Below are positions 1-8,457 of a stretch of DNA of 64,000 nt, in pieces. Each line of letters opens with the position of its first letter. The stretch's first letter is position 1. The position numbers and the translations under genes are program-made. The stretch covers positions 2,016,001-2,080,000 of the forward strand of contig CBDEGZ010000003.1 of assembly GCA_965238175.1 (NCBI GenBank), in the 5' to 3' direction. The notes beneath the pieces were generated by a model that worked only from the letters and a program-made list of their open reading frames with translations, had not been told where the DNA came from and did no database searches. The stretch is from Gammaproteobacteria bacterium. Its GTDB lineage: Bacteria; Pseudomonadota; Gammaproteobacteria; CAJXQU01.

Positions 1-574
1 TTGTGGCGAGATAGAGACGGCACACCCTGGTTATCTTGGCTCGCAAGATACTTACTATGTCGGTACTTTCAAAGGCATTGGTCGGGTTTATCAACAAACG
101 TTTGTTGATACTTACAGCAAGGTCGCTCACGCGAAACTGTACCCGACTAAAACACCGATTACGGCAGCTGACATGCTCAATGACCGCGTCCTCCCATTCT
201 ACGAACAACAACGTTTGCCTATGTTGCGCATTTTGACAGATAGAGGGACGGAGTATTGTGGGCGAGCTGACCAGCATGATTATCAGCTTTATATGGCGTT
301 GAACAATATCGAACACACCAAAACCAAGGTCAAATCACCTCAGACGAATGGTATTTGTGAGCGATTCCATAAGACGATCCTCAATGAGTTTTATCAAGTC
401 GCTTTGCGTAAGAAAATTTACCAATCGATTGATGAACTGCAACTCGACCTTGACGAATGGTTGCTCAAATACAATACTCAACGAACTCACCAAGGCAAAA
501 TGTGCTGCGGGAGGACGCCGATGGAAACACTCATCGACGGACAAGCTATCTGGAAGGAAAAGTTTGTGAATTAA
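1..574 (+). CDS. IS481-family DDE transposase (partial)
   Basis: rve core motifs LTDRGTEY, SPQTNGICERFHKT, YNTQRTHQG. Confidence 0.92.
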   Translation, partial: CGEIETAHPGYLGSQDTYYVGTFKGIGRVYQQTFVDTYSKVAHAKLYPTKTPITAADMLNDRVLPFYEQQRLPMLRILTDRGTEYCGRADQHDYQLYMALNNIEHTKTKVKSPQTNGICERFHKTILNEFYQVALRKKIYQSIDELQLDLDEWLLKYNTQRTHQGKMCCGRTPMETLIDGQAIWKEKFVN

Positions 575-637
575 ACTTAACCTGACAGTCGGTTACTGAT
601 AATTGGGTAACTGTCAGATCAAATCTGAATTTCTACA
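1..637 (+). mobile_element. IS481-family element, 3' part (left part outside window)
   Basis: Matches 56478-57114 (one SNP seen); right IR ...TGTCAGATCAAATCTGAATTTCTACA ends at 637. Confidence 0.93.
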
Positions 638-705
638 AATTATGGGTTGTTTTATCATTTAAAATGACACCCTCCCCACTTTTCGGCATTTTTGTTGCGT
701 CTTTA

Positions 706-978
706 TTAAGCTCTCTTTATACGGCGCGTATGTTCTCGGGTATCTAAAAGACCTTTCACATCATGGTAGGCCTGTTGCCATCTAGGATCGGATTTAAATA
801 ATAGTTTTTCTTTAACACTATCTAATTCTTCCTTAGTGTAATCGTTTGCATCTTCTGGCTTTTCGTAACACCAACGTAAGCGCTTCAATCGAGCTAGAAG
901 TGCGTAAGTTGACCAATCTTCTAACTCCTGTAAGGGAATTTTATCTAGTGCTTTTTTTATACCTATTTGCTTTTTCAT
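706..978 (-). CDS. Hypothetical cassette protein, reverse-oriented
   Basis: 90-aa ORF upstream of attC1 on the opposite strand, with an AT-rich 5' region containing TATAAT. Confidence 0.7.
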   Translation of the reverse strand: MKKQIGIKKALDKIPLQELEDWSTYALLARLKRLRWCYEKPEDANDYTKEELDSVKEKLLFKSDPRWQQAYHDVKGLLDTREHTRRIKRA

Positions 979-1023
979 ATGTTAAAAATAGCATTTAATG
1001 TTTATATTGTTAATTATAAACTT

Positions 1024-1095
1024 ACATAACAAGTTGCTACATCGGAAAACCAACTCGCTGGCGCTCGTCGTTTTCCGCTGAGTAAGGCGTTATAG
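1024..1095 (+). repeat. attC1
   Basis: ACATAAC...CGGAAAAC/GTTTTCCG stem...GTTATAG. Confidence 0.92.
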
Positions 1096-1110
1096 CTCAA
1101 GGGAAGATTA

Positions 1111-1503
1111 GTGCCATTTAGCTTATCAGAGGAATATTTAGTCCAAACGGAAATTGAGTTGGGAGCGAGACTACCCCTCGATTACCGCGAAGCAATGAAA
1201 GCCGATAATGGCGGTGAAGCATCTACGACAGATGATGAATGGGAGTTTTATCCAATCAAAGACACATCTGATAGAAAAAGGCTGTCCCGTACTTGTAATC
1301 ACATTATTAACGAAACTGAATCATGCAGGGGATTTGGCAACTTCCCTGAAGAAGCTTTGGCCATCGCAGGTAATGGTCTAGGTGACCAAATGGTTTTCAT
1401 TAAGAATTCGGGACAGTTTCTAAACACTGTTTATTTGTGGCTTCATGAAACAGGTGAACTTCATAAATTAGTGGCGTCATTCAATGAAATCAAAAAGCTA
1501 TAA
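1111..1503 (+). CDS. SMI1/KNR4 (SUKH) family protein
   Basis: E-x-ELGARLPLDYRE...NGG and IAGNGLGD...VYLWLHETG motifs; stop codon overlaps attC R''. Confidence 0.85.
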   Translation: MPFSLSEEYLVQTEIELGARLPLDYREAMKADNGGEASTTDDEWEFYPIKDTSDRKRLSRTCNHIINETESCRGFGNFPEEALAIAGNGLGDQMVFIKNSGQFLNTVYLWLHETGELHKLVASFNEIKKL

Positions 1504-1580
1504 CAAAGCAATGTTACGAAAGTCAACTACTGGGTCAAAACCCGCCCATCAGTTGACCTTAGCAAATTGCGGCGTTATGC
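1498..1580 (+). repeat. attC2
   Basis: CTATAAC...GTCAACT/AGTTGAC...GTTATGC. Confidence 0.9.
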
Positions 1581-1586
1581 ATCATT

Positions 1587-2117
1587 ATGACTAAGGAAGA
1601 GTATTTAAGCATCGTTAGTGCCTTTGAAGGCGAAATCTTAATTTCGGTTGAGTACTTCGAAATTAACTACGAGGGTAATCAGGCAGAATTCACTGAAAAT
1701 TCAAATTATGACTGTTTGGATTATGGTGTTAATTTAAAAATGCAGTCTGGGAAGGTATTTGGCTTTATCTGGGGTAGCGAGTTCACGCAATATGGGGTAT
1801 CTGTCTTGGAGGCTCCTTTACAATCTGAAGTAACAGAGTGTAGGGAGATTGATGTCACCTAATTGTCAAATTGGCGCCAATTTATCGGTGACAAGGTTCA
1901 AACCACTGAAGTGGTTTGGCACTGGGTAAAAGAAGTTGGCCTATTTAAAAAGAAAACGTATTACCCTCAAAGTATCGTGCTTACATTTAAATCTGGTGGA
2001 GTAGTGGTTATTTCAGCGCTAGAAATATCTGATAATTCGCATTGGGGTATGGCTGATAACATTGTTGTATTCTTTAATCAGGCATCGGCGCAAAGCTACG
2101 GAGCTTTAAATGCATAA
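1587..2117 (+). pseudogene. Cassette hypothetical protein split by in-frame TAA
   Basis: ORFs 1587-1862 and 1863-2117 are contiguous in the same frame and fill one cassette. Confidence 0.8.
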
Positions 2118-2210
2118 CAAGACTGTTAAATACATTCCAGCCGCAAAAAGCGCGGCTTCCATCGGACTGGCTACGCGTTGCTCCGCCAGCCGTTTACAGT
2201 GGCGTTATGC
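2112..2210 (+). repeat. attC3
   Basis: GCATAAC..CTGTTAAA...TTTACAG..GTTATGC with branched internal hairpins. Confidence 0.9.
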
Positions 2211-2225
2211 TTTAAAATATCAATT

Positions 2226-2621
2226 ATGAAGAATTTCGAAAGTAATAAAATAAAGGAGAGGTTGGAGAAAAGAAAGAAAGCAGCTCTTGAGAGTGCCGTC
2301 TCCTATATGTCCAATACTAAATGGAGGAAACTTATATCTTCTATTGATTCTATAGAGCATCTTTTAACAGGCTCAAATTGGAATTTAATTTGGAACGAAG
2401 AAATCATTTCTGAAAATGAGGTTCCTAATTCCGAGGATGTATTAACAAATCATTTAGTCGATGGTACATTTTACTATGTAGGATACGACGATATAGTTTG
2501 GCTAGAGCTTGTTACAAAAGAACCAGATACAGTATTAAATTACTTCTCGGCTATTGCAAAGTTTGAGCTCACCAAATCAAAAAAAGGTGTAAAAATACAT
2601 GGGTATAAATTAAATGCATAA
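2226..2621 (+). CDS. DUF6678-like cassette protein
   Basis: MSNTKW...YDDIVWLE...IHGY; ATG at 2226 just after attC3. Confidence 0.6.
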   Translation: MKNFESNKIKERLEKRKKAALESAVSYMSNTKWRKLISSIDSIEHLLTGSNWNLIWNEEIISENEVPNSEDVLTNHLVDGTFYYVGYDDIVWLELVTKEPDTVLNYFSAIAKFELTKSKKGVKIHGYKLNA

Positions 2622-2687
2622 CAAGTTGCTACATCGGAAAACCAACTCGCTGGCGCTCGTCGTTTTCCGTTGAGTAAGGCGTTATGC
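2616..2687 (+). repeat. attC4 (near-identical to attC1)
   Basis: GCATAAC...GTTATGC; internal sequence differs from attC1 at one base. Confidence 0.92.
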
Positions 2688-2693
2688 ATCATT

Positions 2694-2996
2694 ATGAAGC
2701 TGAGTAAAAAAATTGAGCTAGAGTTCAACAAAGAGAATTTTTTAACACTGTTGTCTTATGGTCAACAGCCGGATCAATCTCCATACACTCATAAGCAAAT
2801 TGCTGAGTGGTGTGAACCGTTCTGGAATAAATACAGTGATATTGATACTTCGGCACAAATTGAAAAAATCATGCCTTTGCTCGCAGATGTAGAAACGCAA
2901 TGGGATCTTTATCTGGCTAATACATTCTCATCATCTGAGCTAAAGCAATTAGATTTTGAATCTGTAAAATTGCCAGTGGCGTGGTTTAAAAATTAG
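2694..2996 (+). CDS. Hypothetical cassette protein, probably clipped by TGG>TAG near the C-terminus
   Basis: Frame continues after TAG as SLTANA to a TAA inside attC5 R''. Confidence 0.65.
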   Translation: MKLSKKIELEFNKENFLTLLSYGQQPDQSPYTHKQIAEWCEPFWNKYSDIDTSAQIEKIMPLLADVETQWDLYLANTFSSSELKQLDFESVKLPVAWFKN

Positions 2997-3011
2997 AGTT
3001 TAACGGCAAAT

Positions 3012-3087
3012 GCATAACAAGGCTGTTAAATTCGTTTCGGCCAAAAAAACGGCCTGGCTCCGCCAAGCGCTTACAGTGGCGTTATGA
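3012..3087 (+). repeat. attC5
   Basis: GCATAAC..CTGTTAA...TTACAG..GTTATGA. Confidence 0.88.
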
Positions 3088-3105
3088 AGCACTGGGAGTA
3101 TCATT

Positions 3106-3513
3106 ATGATTAAGCAAGTTGGAGAAACAGCAATAAATCCAATCCATAAATCTACTTGCCACTGTGGTGCGGTCGAGATAGAAGTTCAGTTACCCAATGG
3201 CATCGTCGAACCGCGCAGATGTAACTGTTCAATTTGCCGACGAAAAGGCGCAGTTGTCGGATCTGTGCCTTTATCAGGATTAAAAGTTGTTAAGGGTAAG
3301 GACAAATTGAGTCTCTACCAATTTGATACAAAAGAAGCGGAACATTATTTCTGTTCAGTGTGTGGCATCTACACTCATCACAAGCGACGATCAAACCCAA
3401 ATTAATATGGGATAAACCTAGGGTGTCTGGAAGACGTTGATCCTAATCTTATTGAAGGAGTAGAGATCCATGATGGAGCAAACAATCATCCATCAGATAG
3501 GCGTGCTTCATAA
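3106..3513 (+). pseudogene. GFA/CENP-V family Zn protein with premature stop
   Basis: CHCGAV, CNCSICRR, FCSVCG motifs; TAA at 3403-3405, then the frame continues YGINLGCLE...HPSD to a stop at 3513. Confidence 0.88.
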
Positions 3514-3749
3514 CAATCGCATGCAGTCGGACGTGATCTAGCACCACTTTGATGGGCAGTATTTTACTGTGATATTGAAGCGGTGGCTCACATCGTCGAA
3601 TATATTGAGTTTTATAATCGAGAACGATTGCATTCATCCTTGAACTACCAATCATCGGAAAATTATGAAAAACTATGTGCATGAAAGTGTCCACTAAAGT
3701 GGTGCTAGATCACTACCGCTCGTATTTTTCGCTGAGCAAGGCGTTAGCT
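3508..3749 (+). repeat. attC6, chimeric and interrupted by a mini-IS
   Basis: TCATAAC left half and GTTAGCT right half separated by a 179-bp element; the halves do not pair. Confidence 0.75.
3534..3712 (+). mobile_element. 179-bp internally deleted IS3-family element (MITE-like)
   Basis: 17-bp perfect terminal IR TGATCTAGCACCACTTT; interior encodes an IS3 OrfB C-terminus EYIEFYNRERLHSSLNYQS. Confidence 0.88.
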
Positions 3750-3762
3750 CTCAAGGAAAAAT

Positions 3763-4335
3763 ATGAACTACGATGCTCAATTAATAATACAGAAAGAGCT
3801 TGATTCAGGCGAAAAGTTCCTATGGGCTGGAATGCCAAAGCAGGGAACGATATTTAAGGGTAGCGATGTCTTTATGGTTCCATTTAGTTTGCTATGGGGT
3901 GGTTTTGCTATTTTCTGGGAAATAATAGCGCTTCAAATTCCAAGCGAAAAAGCAGGAGCGGTGAGCATAATTTTCCCACTATATGGAATACCTTTTGTCT
4001 TAATTGGGTTGTATCTTATTTTTGGGCGTTTTATATACGATTCAAAAAAAAGGGCAAAAACTTTCTACGGCCTCACAGATCAAAGGGCAATAATTATCTC
4101 TGGCCTATTTAGTAAAGGTGTTAAAAGCCTTAACCTAAAAACAATGAGTGATGTCTCGTTGTCTGAAAAATCAGATGGGCATGGCACAATTACATTTGGT
4201 CAAGAGAATCAAATGATGTCCATGTTTATGGGAGGCAGTTTCCCTGATATGGATGGTTCTACTGTACCCAAGTTTGAGTTAATTAAAGATGCTAAGCAGA
4301 TTTATAATCAGCTTCGAGCACAACAAAAGAGCTAA
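3763..4335 (+). CDS. Membrane protein, bacterial PH-domain-like
   Basis: GE-x-x-LW-x-G-x-P, two TM segments, YGLTDQRAII motif; RBS AAGGA. Confidence 0.7.
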   Translation: MNYDAQLIIQKELDSGEKFLWAGMPKQGTIFKGSDVFMVPFSLLWGGFAIFWEIIALQIPSEKAGAVSIIFPLYGIPFVLIGLYLIFGRFIYDSKKRAKTFYGLTDQRAIIISGLFSKGVKSLNLKTMSDVSLSEKSDGHGTITFGQENQMMSMFMGGSFPDMDGSTVPKFELIKDAKQIYNQLRAQQKS

Positions 4336-4396
4336 CAAGTCGTTCAAAATTGACGGCGCAAAAAAAACGCGCCGCAATTTAACTCAAACGTTATGA
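4330..4396 (+). repeat. attC7
   Basis: AGCTAAC...CGGCGC/GCGCCG...GTTATGA. Confidence 0.88.
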
Positions 4397-4403
4397 GTAG
4401 AAA

Positions 4404-4714
4404 ATGAAAAAGGAATACCCTGAAGAAATCAAAATGTATGATCACGTTTCTAATAGCGGAATCGTGCATATGCCAGGAGGATATTTCCGGCAGTTGCGAT
4501 TCAAGATGATTCACTCAGCAATATACTGTCAACGGCTTTAGAGCTAATGGAGAAAGGTAAAAGCTATCAAGACGAAGACCTTTATTACAGTAGTTTAGAA
4601 TTGGCAGAACGACTCCGGAATCACCTTGCACACTATGAAGAGATTCTAGAAAAAGAAGGTTTCGAAAAACCATATTCACTAACCGCCAGGCAACTAGAAA
4701 TAGTCGATGATTAA
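4404..4714 (+). pseudogene. Frameshifted cassette protein (DUF6959-like)
   Basis: MKKEYPEEIKMYDHVSNSGIVHMPG, then a shifted frame FPAVAIQDDSL...HYEEILEKEGFEKPY; missing from the ORF track. Confidence 0.7.
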
Positions 4715-4771
4715 ACAAGTCAAAGCAAATGGACGCGCAAACAGCGCGCGCCATTGTTTGAAACGTTAGGA
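4710..4771 (+). repeat. attC8 (degenerate R'')
   Basis: ATTAAAC..TCAAAGCAAATGG/CCATTGTTTGA..GTTAGGA. Confidence 0.8.
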
Positions 4772-4777
4772 GACAGA

Positions 4778-5218
4778 ATGGCTATCGATACATCAGGTGA
4801 GAGGTGGAAAGGATCAGCACCAGAGGATATGAATGAATATATTCGCCTTCTGTCAGAAGAACACTATCAAGCGGATGATTTAAACTTTCTTCATGCAAAT
4901 GCGGCGGCTTGAATTTCAATCTCGATCTTGACAAAGATGAAGGTTGCACGAAACATACATGTGAAATATGTGGAGCTGAGCATTTTATTTGTGATAGCGA
5001 AGAATATTTTAAAGATGCCGAACCTGAAGCATAGAGCTGCATTGGCTGTAAAGGTAGTAAAACGAATGTAGGCGTGGGTTACGCATTCCGATCATCTGAT
5101 GTTTACGTTGCAGTTACATCAAAGCGGGTAACTCTCACTAAATCAAGCATTGCTACGCTTAGCTTGATTTAGTGATGTGTCAGATTGGGTCTAAACTTCT
5201 ACACTTGAGCAGGCATGA
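4778..5218 (+). pseudogene. Cys-rich cassette protein remnant, paralogue of 12958-13314
   Basis: MAIDTSGERWKG..., frameshift, CKCGG..DKDEG..CEICG..DSEEY, internal TAG, interrupted by an IS481 end. Confidence 0.72.
5097..5203 (-). mobile_element. Solo left end of the IS481 element (107 bp)
   Basis: Reverse complement of 55889-55995 apart from a few hairpin-loop changes. Confidence 0.9.
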
Positions 5219-5227
5219 AAATATGCC

Positions 5228-5305
5228 TTCTAACCAGGCAAATCACGCGGATGTCAAAACCGCCTCTTCGCTCTGGTTTTGTCTCCGGTGTTTGCAGCGT
5301 TATGC
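5228..5305 (+). repeat. attC9
   Basis: TTCTAAC..GCAAATCAC...GTGTTTGC..GTTATGC. Confidence 0.85.
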
Positions 5306-5332
5306 CACTAAATCTCAAACAAAGTATTGTTT

Positions 5333-5914
5333 ATGAAAAAAATCATATTTATTTTACTCCTCTTTATTTCACTCCTCTATACTTGCTCAACCACTAATAT
5401 TCTTGCAAAGGTAGAGTTGAAAAACTGTCCTGTTTCTGATGGATTTGATTTTCCAGTAGGAAAGCCTGATTCCAAAAAATATTATAATGCACAAAAATTT
5501 GGCAAAAACTACCATCTTGGTGATGATTGGAACGGCATCAGTGGCGGAAATTCTGATTTTGGTGACCCCGTTTTCTCTATAAGTAATGGAATAGTTTTCT
5601 TTGCTGGTGATATAAAAGGAGGCTGGGGAAATATAGTTCGTATCTATCATAATTATGGTACATCGGAAAAACCGATTTACATCGAATCTATATATGCGCA
5701 CTTGGATAGAATTCTTGTTAAATCAGGAGATCTAATTAAAAAAGGAGATAAGATAGGCACAATAGGTAATGCCAATGGCCAATATTTTTCCCATCTACAC
5801 TTTGAGATAAGAGATAAAATAAATATGAAAATAGGTAGAGGATATTCAAAAAATACAACAGGTTACTTAGACCCAACAGCTTTTATAAATAAATATAGAA
5901 TTCTTCCTGACTGA
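5333..5914 (+). CDS. M23-family metallopeptidase, exported
   Basis: Signal peptide; HLGDD (HxxxD), YAHL and HLHFEIR motifs. Confidence 0.88.
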   Translation: MKKIIFILLLFISLLYTCSTTNILAKVELKNCPVSDGFDFPVGKPDSKKYYNAQKFGKNYHLGDDWNGISGGNSDFGDPVFSISNGIVFFAGDIKGGWGNIVRIYHNYGTSEKPIYIESIYAHLDRILVKSGDLIKKGDKIGTIGNANGQYFSHLHFEIRDKINMKIGRGYSKNTTGYLDPTAFINKYRILPD

Positions 5915-5987
5915 TTTTACAAAATAATATCAAAACCTATAGTTCTACATGAAGGTATGATTATAAATTATTTAAACTCAAAAAAAT

Positions 5988-6087
5988 GCATAACAAATTG
6001 CTAAAGTATACTCCAGCCACAAAAAAGCGTGGCTTCCGTAGGACGCGCTACACGTTGTTTCGCACGCACCTTAGCAAGGCGTTATGT
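5988..6087 (+). repeat. attC10
   Basis: GCATAAC..TTGCTAA...TTAGCAA..GTTATGT. Confidence 0.9.
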
Positions 6088-6097
6088 GTAACCAATA

Positions 6098-6574
6098 ATG
6101 AACTACGACTTTAAATCAAAAATTGATTGTTCGTTCCAGCTTACTGAGAATGTAATGTTGGAAGTTAAGCCATACATTGAGGTTTCATTCCCTTGTTCAA
6201 ACTGTAAAAGGGATCATCGTACCGTCATCTTCCGCAATATCGGAGCCCGAGGTATATGTACTCCTAAAACAAAATGTGTAGGCTTTCCTGGCACTTTAAA
6301 GTCTTTGGTGCTCAGCGATACTGAAAGTGGTAAAAGTGCATGCTTCGTAATTGAGTATAACTATACGGATTTTATTGATACCAAGTATCAAAGGAATACT
6401 CAAAATGGAGCTACTTGGACTAGAATTCACTACATCATTACATGCCCTAAATGTATCGAAACTACAGAATCTACAACTCAAACTAATATCATACGACCGA
6501 TCAAGAGAGTGTGTAATTGCGGAAATGTGCTTTATCATGAACCTGATAATCCTATTAACATAGAAAACACATAA
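6098..6574 (+). CDS. Cys-rich hypothetical cassette protein
   Basis: CSNC, CPKC, CNCG motifs; stop codon in attC R''. Confidence 0.7.
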   Translation: MNYDFKSKIDCSFQLTENVMLEVKPYIEVSFPCSNCKRDHRTVIFRNIGARGICTPKTKCVGFPGTLKSLVLSDTESGKSACFVIEYNYTDFIDTKYQRNTQNGATWTRIHYIITCPKCIETTESTTQTNIIRPIKRVCNCGNVLYHEPDNPINIENT

Positions 6575-6683
6575 CAAAGTGCTGAACCAGACACATACTG
6601 CTACGCTCGTTTTGTGTGTCGTTTTGCTCCATTTTCACACAAAACGCTCTCCGCAGTATGTGCTGGTGAGCGCGACGTTATAA
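6569..6683 (+). repeat. attC11
   Basis: ACATAAC..CATACTGC/GCAGTATG and GTTTTGTGTG/CACACAAAAC stems..GTTATAA. Confidence 0.9.
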
Positions 6684-6713
6684 TGGCTCTCCAAAATTCA
6701 GGTAACGAGGAAT

Positions 6714-7069
6714 ATGAATACTTCAACTAATGACAAAGTAAACGACTTCCTTTTCGATATACAATCTATATCCTCTGAGCAATTTGACATTGTGATTTCA
6801 ATAAAAGAGATATTTTTGAGAATCAATAACGAATTAGTCGAAGACATTAAATATGGGGGGTCTTTAATCTATCAAATGGATTGGTTGGAGGGATTTATAC
6901 ATACAAAGAACATATTTCAATCGAGTTCAGCAACGGAGCTGATTTTATTGATGTCGAGTCTATTTTGGAGGGTGGCGGTAAAAAAAGGCGGCACTTAAAG
7001 ATATATACAGATGACGACATTGCTCACAAAAATATCGAGTACTTTGTAAGTCAAGCAGTGAATAGTTAA
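6714..7069 (+). pseudogene. DUF1801 (YdhG-like) protein, frameshifted
   Basis: EDIKYGG in one frame, VGGIYTYKEHISIEFSNGA...LEGGGKKRRHLK in another; shift near the G-run at 6855-6860. Confidence 0.8.
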
Positions 7070-7082
7070 AGGAAAGTATCGA

Positions 7083-7478
7083 ATGGTAAAATTTGGATAT
7101 ACAATAAATTATGTTAGTGATGTTGATGTGACCTTGTCATTCTTTGAAAAAACGTTTGAAATTAAACGTCGCTTTATCACAGATGAAAATGACTATGGAG
7201 AATTGGGTACTGGCGAAACAACTCTGGCTTTTGCATCTCAGGAGCTAGGATTATCAAACTTCTCTGGTGGGTACATAAGTTCTACTGAATCTGATAAGCC
7301 ATTGGGCATTGAAATAGTTCTTGTAACCGATGATGTTAGTGGCACTCATCAGAGAGCATTACAGAATGGTGCTATTGAGCTAAAATCACCTGAAACAAAA
7401 ACTTGGGGACAAATCGTTTCCTACGTTCGTTGCCCTTCTGGCATTTTAATCGAATTATGTACCCCGATTCAAAGTTAA
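7083..7478 (+). CDS. VOC/glyoxalase family protein
   Basis: YVSDV...FFEKTF, WGQIVSYVRCPSGILIEL. Confidence 0.88.
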   Translation: MVKFGYTINYVSDVDVTLSFFEKTFEIKRRFITDENDYGELGTGETTLAFASQELGLSNFSGGYISSTESDKPLGIEIVLVTDDVSGTHQRALQNGAIELKSPETKTWGQIVSYVRCPSGILIELCTPIQS

Positions 7479-7479
7479 G

Positions 7480-7527
7480 CTACAACAAGGCATTGCAGCG
7501 GATAAACCGCTGAATGCAGCGTTATAG
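7480..7527 (+). repeat. attC12 (48 bp)
   Basis: CTACAAC AAG GCATT-G-CAGCGG ATAAA CCGCTG AATGC AGC GTTATAG. Confidence 0.82.
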
Positions 7528-7545
7528 GTCAATGGAATTAGTCAG

Positions 7546-7860
7546 TTGCTTCCGGTAATGAACAATACAAAGTGGAAGGAAATTCAGAAAGCCATGTACG
7601 AGCTTCAGGAAAGTCCGCAGTGGCGCACACGCTGCTTAACTAATGGTTATATTACAAACTGGGATGGAGAGTGGCGTTATCATTTCTCCGAAGGTGGCTT
7701 CAAAGATATAGAGTGGGTAGAAATAAAAACTGAAAATGATGTGCAGTTTGAACTTGTCTTTTCCTTACTTAAATCAATTCATGTGCCTGGCATAAAAATC
7801 GAGAATGGTTTCAAGGTTTATGGTTATGTTAACGAGGGACAATCAGTTGATTATCTGTAA
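7546..7860 (+). CDS. DUF6678-like cassette protein (start uncertain)
   Basis: MNNTKW...WDGEW...FKDIEWVE...VYGY. Confidence 0.7.
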   Translation: MLPVMNNTKWKEIQKAMYELQESPQWRTRCLTNGYITNWDGEWRYHFSEGGFKDIEWVEIKTENDVQFELVFSLLKSIHVPGIKIENGFKVYGYVNEGQSVDYL

Positions 7861-7862
7861 AC

Positions 7863-7949
7863 CTATAACAAGTTACTTAAGCATTGTTCCGGCCCAAAAA
7901 CGGCCTCCACTGGACGCGCTAACGCACGCCACTTAGCAAGGCGTTAACT
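7863..7949 (+). repeat. attC13
   Basis: CTATAAC...GGCC hairpin...TTAGCAAGGCGTTAACT. Confidence 0.85.
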
Positions 7950-7955
7950 ACTGCT

Positions 7956-8375
7956 ATGATATCGAGAAAAATCACAATTCAAAGCGCAAAAATCAAGATC
8001 GAACATGAGAATTGTTCTGATCCTAGTTGCTATCGTGATAAAGAAATATTTATTGAATCTAATAATCCTGATAACAACACACTGTCCACGATTACTTTTA
8101 ATGAACACCTAAAAATCTATGTGTTCTGGGAGTCGTTTTCGTCAGCCGAATTTTTTGATGTTCTTTATGCGCCAGAAACTGGAGTATTATTTTTCGGGGG
8201 CGACTCAATTAGCGCTAGAGTTTGTACTAAAGAGAGTAAGCTTATTGACGTGGAATATGTTTGTCTTTTTTGGGGTTTAAGTCGGGAAAAAAATTACATT
8301 CTTGAAACCGGTGAACTTGATTGTTTCCTATATTCATTAGATGGTAAAAAGGTCTCAAGTACAGCAGTTCTATAA
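7956..8375 (+). CDS. Hypothetical cassette protein, possibly truncated
   Basis: 139-aa ORF; the downstream attC R'' does not match the cassette start. Confidence 0.6.
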   Translation: MISRKITIQSAKIKIEHENCSDPSCYRDKEIFIESNNPDNNTLSTITFNEHLKIYVFWESFSSAEFFDVLYAPETGVLFFGGDSISARVCTKESKLIDVEYVCLFWGLSREKNYILETGELDCFLYSLDGKKVSSTAVL

Positions 8376-8399
8376 ACCGAATAAAAACTCTAACTAAAT

Positions 8400-8457
8400 T
8401 TATAACCAATCATTCCACTTAACGGCGTTCCGCCGCAAGTGAATTCAACCGTTATAA
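8400..8457 (+). repeat. attC14
   Basis: TTATAAC..ATTCCACTT..CGGCG/CGCCG..AAGTGAAT..GTTATAA. Confidence 0.85.

Noticed and set aside
638-700. Right flank of the first IS481 as the missing IS3 tail (AATTAT could continue TLN-Y)
   Set aside because: The following sequence lacks an OrfB-like ending and any IS3 right IR
3449-3694. 81-aa minus-strand ORF
   Set aside because: Spans the GFA tail, attC6 and the mini-IS; chance frame
1860-5033. Stop-codon recoding to explain in-frame stops in cassettes
   Set aside because: Both TAA and TAG occur alongside frameshifts, and core genes use standard stops; simple decay is sufficient
4515-5042. Minus-strand ORFs 4515-4754 and 4782-5042
   Set aside because: Antisense shadows of + strand cassette pseudogenes
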